Below are positions 39,860 to 47,725 of a stretch of DNA of 64,000 nucleotides, one piece after another. The notes below the pieces were generated by a model, which ran no database searches, was not told the DNA's origin, and saw only the letters and a list, made by a program, of their open reading frames with translations. The translations under genes and the position numbers were made by a program. The DNA lies in NCBI GenBank assembly GCA_017441065.1, contig JAFSAI010000024.1, positions 1,142-65,141 of the forward strand, read 5' to 3'. Within the stretch, counting starts at the first letter, position 1. Every line of letters starts with the position of its first letter. Source of the DNA: Bacilli bacterium (GTDB lineage Bacteria > Bacillota_I > Bacilli_A > RF39 > UBA660).

Positions 39860-41323
39860 CTAATCATAGTATAAATTATCAGAATGAAATTTGTCTTCAC
39901 AAGTAAGTCTAATTCCAAGTTCTGTTAATACTTTTTTATCACCATTTGTAACTATGTATGTAGCATGAGCTTCTAAGTTTTTTAATTTACTTAAACAAGA
40001 TAATGCTTTTTCAACAACTGGGTTAGTTACTGAACATACACTTAAGGCAATCATTACTTCAGGTAGTTGTAATGGTGATTTACTTTTTCTTTGTTTTAAT
40101 ATTGGTTCTAGAACAGATGGACTTAATAAATTAATGTTATCAGGTATCTTACTTAATACTTTAATAGCATTAATTATTAAAGCGCTAGGAGCACTAAGTA
40201 ATTCGGTTTCTTTACCAGTTATAATTTTTCTTTTAGATAATTTGATAGCTAAAACATTTTTATTAGAAATCTTACTTTTTTCTAAAGCTTTATCAACAGT
40301 TTCTAATAAAGTTTCATCAATATTTAGTTCATTCATTAGGACTTTAATTCTATCTGGAACTTCCATACTTACTAAACCTGTTTTATAGTTAACTTTTTCT
40401 TGGTAATATCTTCTTACTATTTCTTTATTAGCAGCTTCTTTTACTATTTCATCATCTGTAATACATTCTTTTATCATATTAACTCCCATATCAGTAGGAG
40501 ATTTATAAATATCTGTATTAGTAATTCTATTTAATATAGCTTTTAAAATAGGGAATGTTTGTAAATCTCTATTATAGTTAACTGCAGTAATATTATATTC
40601 AGATAAATGGAATGAATCTATTTGATTAACGTCTGATAAGTCAGCAGTAGCAGCTTCATAAGCAACATTTACTGGATGTTTAAGTGGTAGATTCCAAACT
40701 GGGAATGTTTCAAATTTAGCATAACCAGCATTAATGCCTCTTTTATGTTCATGATAAAGTTGAGATAAACAAGTAGCAAGTTTACCAGAACCTGGACCAG
40801 GAGCATTAACTAATACTAATTTTTTTGTAGTTTCAATATATTCATTAACTCCATATCCTTCTTCACTAACTATTGTATCAACATCACTAGGATATCCTTT
40901 AGTAAATGTATGAACATAAGTCTTAATACCGTGACGATTTAATTTGTTAATAAACTTATCAACACTTCTTTGATTATTATATAAAGTAATAACAACTGAA
41001 TTAATTAAGAAACCTAAGTTAACTAAATTATCAATTAATCTCATTACTTCAACATCATAAGTTATACCAAATTCTGCTCTTGTTTTATTTCTTTCAATGT
41101 CATTTGCATTAATACAAAAAATAATTTCTAAATCATTTTTAAGTTCTTTAAACATATTGATTTTAGCATCAGGTTCAAATCCAGGTAATACTCTTGATGC
41201 ATGATAATCATCAAATAATTTACCACCAATTTCTAAATATAATTTATCAAATAATTTAAATCTTTCTTTTATTTTTTTACTTTGTATTTTTATATATTTT
41301 TTATTATCAAAACCACTTTTCAT
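39860..41323 (-). CDS. DUF1846 (UPF0371) family protein
   Basis: 487 aa. The N-terminus FDNKKYIKIQSKKIKERF...YLEIGGKLFDDYHASRVLPGFEPD matches my memory of the conserved UPF0371 family. Confidence 0.75.
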   Translation of the reverse strand: MKSGFDNKKYIKIQSKKIKERFKLFDKLYLEIGGKLFDDYHASRVLPGFEPDAKINMFKELKNDLEIIFCINANDIERNKTRAEFGITYDVEVMRLIDNLVNLGFLINSVVITLYNNQRSVDKFINKLNRHGIKTYVHTFTKGYPSDVDTIVSEEGYGVNEYIETTKKLVLVNAPGPGSGKLATCLSQLYHEHKRGINAGYAKFETFPVWNLPLKHPVNVAYEAATADLSDVNQIDSFHLSEYNITAVNYNRDLQTFPILKAILNRITNTDIYKSPTDMGVNMIKECITDDEIVKEAANKEIVRRYYQEKVNYKTGLVSMEVPDRIKVLMNELNIDETLLETVDKALEKSKISNKNVLAIKLSKRKIITGKETELLSAPSALIINAIKVLSKIPDNINLLSPSVLEPILKQRKSKSPLQLPEVMIALSVCSVTNPVVEKALSCLSKLKNLEAHATYIVTNGDKKVLTELGIRLTCEDKFHSDNLYYD

Positions 41324-41491
41324 AAAACCACCACCATTATAGTAATCTTATCACTTGATAATAATATATATAAGAATTTTAATAAAAATTTTTTTGTGTT
41401 ATAATTAAAATGAACCCCATAAAACTTTAGAATGTTTGTTTTTGTAGATATAGTATGTTAGAATAAATTTCATTAAATTGAGGTTTTTACT

Positions 41492-42295
41492 ATGGATTTA
41501 TTAAAACAATTAGATCATGAACTTTCAAATATGTACTTAAATGATTTTGAAAAAGTACGTTATATATATTTAAGAGCATGTCAATTATTTTCTTTTGATG
41601 CTAGATATAATTACACTAGTTTATTTAATGATGCTAGTCTTTACGATAGTATTATTAATAGACAAATTGATATAAGCAATGTTGAAGATTATTTAGTAGT
41701 ATGCCATCCATTTAGTAGAGATGTATTAATTAGGTTAATAAGGGAATTAACAACAGCTCAAGTAGAACTTCTTGAAGGAGCACATAGTTTTGTTGAATAT
41801 AAAGTAAATTCAGAGCAAATTTGGTTTTTAGATGCTACTTATGGTGATCTAGCTCGAGTAAAAATGGGATTAGACACTAGAGGGTTTACTGGGACACATC
41901 CGTATGACAAAGAATTTTTATCAGAAACAGATTCTATATTAGGATATAAACCAAAATTAAAAAAGGAATATTTATCACAAATAGATATTAGCTCTAAAGA
42001 ATCTATATTTGAAAGTATTAATATATTGTTAAAAAATAGTAAATGCCAAAAAGAATTTTCAGATGCTTTGTTTTTTGTAGAGTGGTTATTGTTAGGAATT
42101 AATTATTATGAATGGAATAATTCATGTTATGTAGGAGAAGACTACAGTTTTCATCAAATATTTAAGCCTTTCGAGAGTAATGAATATTTTTGCTTAGATA
42201 ATACTAATGGTTATTATGAAATAAAATGTATGAATGAAGAAGAGTGTATGAGATTAACAAGAGGGTTAAGGACTAAGGATAATATAATTAAATAA
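41492..42295 (+). CDS. Hypothetical protein with a transglutaminase-like Cys-His-Asp pattern (tentative)
   Basis: VVCHPFS ... GAHSFVEY ... WFLDATYGD shows the order and spacing typical of the transglutaminase-like fold. Confidence 0.45.
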   Translation: MDLLKQLDHELSNMYLNDFEKVRYIYLRACQLFSFDARYNYTSLFNDASLYDSIINRQIDISNVEDYLVVCHPFSRDVLIRLIRELTTAQVELLEGAHSFVEYKVNSEQIWFLDATYGDLARVKMGLDTRGFTGTHPYDKEFLSETDSILGYKPKLKKEYLSQIDISSKESIFESINILLKNSKCQKEFSDALFFVEWLLLGINYYEWNNSCYVGEDYSFHQIFKPFESNEYFCLDNTNGYYEIKCMNEEECMRLTRGLRTKDNIIK

Positions 42296-42314
42296 AATAG
42301 TGTGAGGTTAGTAT

Positions 42315-43319
42315 ATGACAGAAGATTTATTAAAAAGAATAGAAGAATTAGAAGAACAAAATAAAAAATTAAAAGAGCGTCTTAGAAAACGAAATAATCA
42401 TAGTGTTATAAAGACTAAAAAGAAAGATATAGTAAAATATTGGACTTTACTTCAAGATGAATGTGGATTAAGTGTTGATTGGGCTGAAGCTCATGAAAGA
42501 TGTTGGCGATGTGGACATAAAGCACCACTACAAAGATGCCATATAATTCCTGATAGTTTAGGTGGTAAAGATGAACCAGCTAATTTAGTACTACTATGTT
42601 CTAGATGTCATATAGATGCGCCGAATGTTGAAAGTACAACTTTTATGTGGGATTGGATAAGAGCAAATGGAACAGCAATCTATGATACATTTTGGAGTCT
42701 TCGTGCCCAAAAAGAATATGAGTTTGTTTATGGTAAATCTTTTGCGCAGGAATTAATTGATAGAGATATAGTATCTGATTATGATTTAAGATTATTTTGG
42801 AATTTAAAAATAGGAAGAAGTGTTCATCATTTTGCACACCCTTGGAATAATGAATCTACTGATGCAGGTCTTTTAAAAATGCGATTAGATGAATTTGATA
42901 AAAATCATCCTGTAATAAATAAGAAAAGTGAAGCATTTAGAGAGAAAGAAAAAGAGTTTGAATATTTTATTTTAAAAGTATGTGATATAGCAAAAAAATA
43001 TAATTTTGATGTGTGGGAAGGCAGAAGTCAAAATCCACATTCTGTTACAGTAAGTTCGTGGATTGATAGAAATAAAAAAAATAGAATCTCAATTAAATTA
43101 TTTAAAGGAAATATTTATAAAGCTTGTTTTACTGATGAAATAAATCCAAATAGAAATAAAGCAAAGGATTATGTAATAGAATTAGGAACACAGGAAAGTG
43201 CGATAAAGTTTTTAAATAAAGAATTAGAAAAATTTACTAATGAATATGGAATGAAAGAAAAACAAAAATATGTTTTTACCATAAATCCAATATTTCATTT
43301 GAGAGATGATGAAGAATAA
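42315..43319 (+). CDS. HNH endonuclease domain protein with N-terminal coiled coil
   Basis: CWRCGHKAPLQRCHIIPDSLGGKDEPANLVLLCSRCHIDAPN is a CxxC...H...N...CxxCH HNH motif. The remaining ~200 aa are unassigned. Confidence 0.75.
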   Translation: MTEDLLKRIEELEEQNKKLKERLRKRNNHSVIKTKKKDIVKYWTLLQDECGLSVDWAEAHERCWRCGHKAPLQRCHIIPDSLGGKDEPANLVLLCSRCHIDAPNVESTTFMWDWIRANGTAIYDTFWSLRAQKEYEFVYGKSFAQELIDRDIVSDYDLRLFWNLKIGRSVHHFAHPWNNESTDAGLLKMRLDEFDKNHPVINKKSEAFREKEKEFEYFILKVCDIAKKYNFDVWEGRSQNPHSVTVSSWIDRNKKNRISIKLFKGNIYKACFTDEINPNRNKAKDYVIELGTQESAIKFLNKELEKFTNEYGMKEKQKYVFTINPIFHLRDDEE

Positions 43320-43397
43320 AAATAGTAGTGTACATTATTTTGTTAAATTTAACTTTTATTAATTGACAACAAAAAATTAATATAATATGATTATTAT

Positions 43398-43498
43398 AGC
43401 ATGATAGTAGTCATGCTAATGATATAACTCTTACGAATTTCAAAGGTGAGAGTGAATCAACCAAAACCCCCTGAAGAGGCCGAAAGGCCTCATTTTTT
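43398..43498 (+). ncRNA. Candidate structured small RNA / conserved 3' hairpin module (copy 1)
   Basis: Three consecutive hairpins: AGCATGA-TAGTAG-TCATGCT (43398-43417), CTCTTAC...GTGAGAG (43428-43452), and GAGGCC-GAAA-GGCCTC plus a T-run (43476-43498). The last ~32 nt recur at 46525-46556. Confidence 0.3.
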
Positions 43499-43559
43499 GT
43501 ATGATCATACCGAAAAATAAGCAAATAATACGATTTTTTTTGTAAGATGTTACAACGCT

Positions 43560-43581
43560 AGATACTATTTAGATACTATTT
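43560..43581 (+). repeat. Two tandem AGATACTATTT units
   Basis: The exact 11-mer occurs twice. The same AGATACT core is arrayed six times at 46321-46419. Confidence 0.8.
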
Positions 43582-43759
43582 ATTTGAAAAAATCAGATTT
43601 TTAAGATATAAAATTATATCTTTTTTGAAAATGAATACTTAAAGTGTAATAGAAATAATAAGGAAATCATTTTTATAAAGTCTAATTTATATTCTTAAAG
43701 TGGAATTCCGTTGTCTTCAGTACGATTTGGTTATATTTTTGTGATATAATCATATTGAG

Positions 43760-45043
43760 GTGATTATTTTGATAAAGAGCAAGATTGTGTCAAGAAATGA
43801 TGATATAGCCACTTTATTTGAAATAATAAGAAATACAGAGTCTTATAAAGAGAATAGTGAAAATGGATTAGTAATACTATTGAATGGTGAATGGGGGACA
43901 GGAAAGTCTACTTTTCTATCAGAATTAAAAAAATGTATAAATGAACAAGACGATTTAGAATTATTTAACGAATATAATGCATATGAATATGATTGTTATG
44001 ATAATGCATATATTCCATTCTTTGCTTCAATATCGGATAAAATACAATTAGAAAAGAGGTTTTCAAGTTTTATTAAATCAATTGGAATAGGTACAGCTTC
44101 AGGACTTCAAGTACTAATTTCATCGGTTTTTAAAAGTTTTATTAAAAATGTAACTAAAGTAGATTTAAACGATGTGTCTGATGAATTACAAAAAGTATTA
44201 GATGAAGTAGAAGATGACTATTTAGAACATTTTCAAGAATTTAAAGAACATAAAGAATACATTAAAGATAAAATGAATGAATTATGTAAAAAGAAAAAAC
44301 AAATTTTTATTATAGATGAGCTAGATAGATGTAAGCCCAGCTTTGCTATGGAAACATTGGAAATAGTTAAACACTTTTTTGATATTCAAAATTGTGTATT
44401 TATCATATCAGTAGATAAAATACAATTAGAAGAATCTTCAAAAGCTATTTATGGTAATATTAATAGCGAAAAATACTTCAGTAAATTGTTTGATTACCAA
44501 TTCAATTTATTACCCATTAATTTTTATGATGCAATTGATTTAGAAGATCAAAATGAAGAGTTGATAAAGCTTACGAGCAAAGTATATGGTTATCTAAATA
44601 TTTCTTTACGTGATGGTAAAAAAATATTTAATGAGTTAATCAGCAAGAACAAAAGTTGGACGATTTATCAAAGTTCATTTATGTTATTTTTATTTATATT
44701 AAAATATACTGATTTATCATTTTATAATGCATTTTTAAATAAAGATTATTTGAAGTATAAAGAATTATTTGAAGGCACATATAATGTAAATCTTGAAAAA
44801 TATAAAAAAATATTGGGGACGAAAATTGGGAATGATATGACTTATGGTGAAATATTAGATGAAGTTAATTATTGTTTAAATCATATGTGGTATGATTTGG
44901 GTGAAGTTAATTCAAATACTTATGTATCTTTTTCTGGTAGTACCAAAAGTAGGTCATTAGTAGGTGAAGATGTAAAAAAATATATACCATTAAAAAAATA
45001 TGATGGAACATTAAAAGAGAATATAAAAAGTATTATAGGTTAA
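43760..45043 (+). CDS. KAP-family P-loop NTPase
   Basis: Walker A LLNGEWGTGKSTFL and the KAP-type Walker B IFIIDELDRC, with a hydrophobic insert (IGIGTASGLQVLISSVF) between them. The start is uncertain (43760, 43769 or 43787). Confidence 0.75.
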   Translation: MIILIKSKIVSRNDDIATLFEIIRNTESYKENSENGLVILLNGEWGTGKSTFLSELKKCINEQDDLELFNEYNAYEYDCYDNAYIPFFASISDKIQLEKRFSSFIKSIGIGTASGLQVLISSVFKSFIKNVTKVDLNDVSDELQKVLDEVEDDYLEHFQEFKEHKEYIKDKMNELCKKKKQIFIIDELDRCKPSFAMETLEIVKHFFDIQNCVFIISVDKIQLEESSKAIYGNINSEKYFSKLFDYQFNLLPINFYDAIDLEDQNEELIKLTSKVYGYLNISLRDGKKIFNELISKNKSWTIYQSSFMLFLFILKYTDLSFYNAFLNKDYLKYKELFEGTYNVNLEKYKKILGTKIGNDMTYGEILDEVNYCLNHMWYDLGEVNSNTYVSFSGSTKSRSLVGEDVKKYIPLKKYDGTLKENIKSIIG

Positions 45044-45061
45044 ATTTGAAGGAGGAATCCA

Positions 45062-45751
45062 ATGAAAAAAATATTTAAAGATTGGACTATATTTGAAAAG
45101 ATACTATTAATAGGAAGCATTCTAATTGTGAGTTTAACAGGCATAATTTTTAAATCTGATTTGTTAACTACATTATGCTCAATAGTAGGAATAATAACAG
45201 CATTGTTATTAGCAAAAGGAAAATCTTTAGGTCAAGTATTTGGTTTATTAATTGTAATTTTATATTCAATAGTTTCTTTTAAAAATAAATTCTATGGAGA
45301 GGTAATTATATATTTGTTAATAATGCTACCAATGTATATAATGGGCATTATATCATGGGTAAAACATCAAAATAAAGAAACAAACTCAGTGGAAGTTAAT
45401 AAAATAACAAAAAATGAATGGGGTATAGTTGCTTTAATTAGTATTGTATGTTTTATATGCATTTATTTTATATTGAAAAGTTTTAATACGAATCAATTAT
45501 TCATTTCTTCATTATCAGTGTTAGATAGCTTATTTGCTATTTATTTACAAATTAGAAGAAGTAAATATAGTTTTTATTTCTATGTTATAAATGATTTGGT
45601 ATTAATATTATTATGGGGAATTCCTTGTATTATGGGGAGTGTAGTTTTAATTCCAATGTTAATGAATCCTATAATTAATTTAATAAATGATATTTACGGA
45701 ATAATTAATTGGAGAAAATTAGAAAGCGTACAAGAAAAAAATAATAAATAA
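45062..45751 (+). CDS. pnuC: Nicotinamide riboside transporter PnuC-like membrane protein
   Basis: 229 aa with about 7 TM helices. The N-terminus W..FE....IGS..., the segment LLAKGKSLGQVFGLL and the Trp-containing loops (ISWVKH, INWRK) match my memory of PnuC. RBS GGAGG. Confidence 0.65.
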   Translation: MKKIFKDWTIFEKILLIGSILIVSLTGIIFKSDLLTTLCSIVGIITALLLAKGKSLGQVFGLLIVILYSIVSFKNKFYGEVIIYLLIMLPMYIMGIISWVKHQNKETNSVEVNKITKNEWGIVALISIVCFICIYFILKSFNTNQLFISSLSVLDSLFAIYLQIRRSKYSFYFYVINDLVLILLWGIPCIMGSVVLIPMLMNPIINLINDIYGIINWRKLESVQEKNNK

Positions 45752-45812
45752 ATGGTTAATAAACCAATAAAAAAGGATATCATGATGATATCCTAAAAAA
45801 CCACTTGAGGAA

Positions 45813-46025
45813 CTATCCCAGATTATTTCTTTTACTTCTATCTGGATTCGAAGCTATAAACTTTTTACCAGTATCTTGCTGTGTTCTAACATGATAATTA
45901 GGATACAAACCGTTTTCGACTTTTTTAACTGCTTGATTAATTGTCATGTTAAACCCAAGACGATTATCGTGTAACACTTTATTGAATCCTGTTGAAGATT
46001 CACTCTTTACTGACAATCTCTTCAT
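45813..46025 (-). CDS. Small hypothetical protein (DUF3892-like, tentative)
   Basis: 70 aa with a strong RBS AAGGAGG. The C-terminal YHVRT...KFIASNPDRSKRNNLG resembles the DUF3892 motif from memory. Confidence 0.5.
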   Translation of the reverse strand: MKRLSVKSESSTGFNKVLHDNRLGFNMTINQAVKKVENGLYPNYHVRTQQDTGKKFIASNPDRSKRNNLG

Positions 46026-46320
46026 AATTTAGCCTCCTTTCTGGAAGCTATAAATTGTATAGCAAAATGTAAAATATTCAAAAATCATTTTAACAAAATT
46101 GCTATTCTATGAATTCTTGGATATACTATTATTATCATAATAGGCTAAAAGTTATGATATTCAAGTTGCTATACATTATTTATAGCTTCTTAAATATGTT
46201 TTGCTAGAAAATCACATTAGTGATTTTTTTGTTTTTGTTCCTTATTTTCTAGCCAATAAAATTATATCATTTTTTAGCCGATTTTAAATAAAAAAACATA
46301 GTTTTTTTAATCAATTTTTT

Positions 46321-46420
46321 AGATACTGATTTAGATACTTTAAATGTTATTTTTGATATTAGATACTATTTTAGATACTTTAAATGTTATTTTTGATATT
46401 AGATACTATTTTAGATACTG
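46321..46420 (+). repeat. AGATACT iteron-like array containing a 40-bp tandem duplication
   Basis: AGATACTTTAAATGTTATTTTTGATATTAGATACTATTTT occurs twice exactly (46333-46372 and 46373-46412). Flanking AGATACT copies give six in 100 bp. An A/T-only tract lies just upstream. Confidence 0.9.
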
Positions 46421-46524
46421 AAAAATCAGTTTTTATTAAAGGATTTTAACAAGCTTTAAAGCCTTTTAAAGGATTTTAATTTGTAATAATGGAAAGAGTG
46501 GGAATTTAATGCATAAAAAAATTG

Positions 46525-46556
46525 CCCCCTGAAGAGAGCCGAAAGGCTCCATTTTT
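46525..46556 (+). repeat. Second copy of the CCCCCTGAAG + GNRA hairpin + T-run module
   Basis: CCCCCTGAAGAGAGCCGAAAGGCTCCATTTTT versus CCCCCTGAAGAGGCCGAAAGGCCTCATTTTTT at 43467-43498. The stem is maintained despite sequence changes. Confidence 0.8.
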
Positions 46557-46626
46557 GTTTATATTAAAGGTTTTTAGAACTATCGAGTAATTTTAGGTAC
46601 ACAAATTTAAAATAGGTTAAAATTTT

Positions 46627-46723
46627 CTATGACAAACTTACTGATGATTGTCTTTTTATCAGTAAATTTGTCATAGATATTAAAGTGCAAATATTAATTT
46701 CTAAAGTGCACAAATTGCACTTT
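46627..46723 (+). promoter_or_regulatory. Operator-like inverted repeats upstream of the fic gene
   Basis: A 19-bp inverted repeat CTATGACAAACTTACTGAT / ATCAGTAAATTTGTCATAG (1 mismatch, 12-nt spacer) spans 46627-46676. AAAGTGCA (46682) is followed by the palindrome AAAGTGCA-CAAAT-TGCACTTT (46703-46723). An extended -10 TGTTATAAT lies downstream. Confidence 0.5.
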
Positions 46724-46800
46724 GAAATTTCTTTTTTTATGTATATAATACTGCCAAATAGGAACTTTTTTGTTATAATGTTATTAGTGGAGGTGCTAAG

Positions 46801-47649
46801 ATGTCTGAAAGAGAATTAGATTCAAGTATAAATGATTATATTGAAATAGAAACACCTAAAAACTACGTGAAACAATTACAATGGGATATGGCTATTGGAC
46901 TCCAAGAAGTTGATAACTTAAAACCATCTAAGTATTTAGAAAAATTGTTACAAGAAAATGTAACAGGGGAAAAAACAATTTATGAAGTAGAACATGAGTT
47001 AAAACAATATTATGTAGAAAAAGATAAAACTGATAAAACAATTCAAGATGAATTTGAATGTGATCTAGTATCTACTAGAATAGTTCAATTGTTAGGAGAA
47101 GATAATTTTGAACTATCAGTAGACTATATAAAATATATACATGAAAATTTATTTAAAGATGTTTATGAATTTGCTGGAGATTTTAGAAAAGTAGATTTTT
47201 CTAAGCATGAAAGAATTTTAAATAATGATTCAGTTGCTTATGGTGATTGCAAATTGTTAGAACAATCATTAGATTATGATATATCGTTAGAAAAAAATAA
47301 AAACTATGGAAAAATGAATATAGTTGATGTAATTAATAATATAACTAACTTTTCTTCAAGCATATGGCAAATACATCCATTTAGAGAAGGTAATACTAGA
47401 ACTACAGCATTATTTATAGAAAAGTATTTAGTATCACTTGGATATGATGTAGATAACACTATGTTCAAAGAAAAATCAGTTTATTATAGAAATGCATTAG
47501 TAAGAAGTAATTATTTTAATAATTATTTAAATATAAAACAAGATAATAGTTTCTTAATTAAATTTTATGAAAATTTATTGTTAGGAAAGAATAATAACTT
47601 ACATTCAAGAGATTTAATTGTAGAAGAATTATTTAATAAAGAGAATTAA
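46801..47649 (+). CDS. Fic/DOC-family protein (probable AMPylase-type toxin/effector)
   Basis: Fic active-site loop HPFREGNTRTTALF (47374-47415) fits the HxFx(D/E)GNxRxxR pattern. RBS GGAGG. Confidence 0.85.
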   Translation: MSERELDSSINDYIEIETPKNYVKQLQWDMAIGLQEVDNLKPSKYLEKLLQENVTGEKTIYEVEHELKQYYVEKDKTDKTIQDEFECDLVSTRIVQLLGEDNFELSVDYIKYIHENLFKDVYEFAGDFRKVDFSKHERILNNDSVAYGDCKLLEQSLDYDISLEKNKNYGKMNIVDVINNITNFSSSIWQIHPFREGNTRTTALFIEKYLVSLGYDVDNTMFKEKSVYYRNALVRSNYFNNYLNIKQDNSFLIKFYENLLLGKNNNLHSRDLIVEELFNKEN

Positions 47650-47725
47650 AAAGAGGCGCTAGTACAGGCTTATTAATTTGATAAGTTTTTGTATTGGCGT
47701 TTTTTAGTATTAAGGAAGTGAAAAT

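Noticed and set aside
43363-43386. TTGACA / TATAAT pair as the promoter of the candidate small RNA.
   Set aside because: The spacer is only 12 nt, well outside the 16-18-nt optimum, so it is not reported as a promoter feature.
46321-46420. CRISPR array, or a type III toxin-antitoxin (ToxI-like) RNA repeat, as an explanation for the 40-bp tandem repeats.
   Set aside because: It is not a CRISPR: there are only two identical 40-mers, no unique spacers and no cas genes. A type III TA is unlikely because no ToxN/AbiQ-like endoribonuclease gene follows directly. The next gene (fic) is 380 bp away, behind a terminator, other repeats and its own promoter. I kept it as an iteron-like repeat finding instead.
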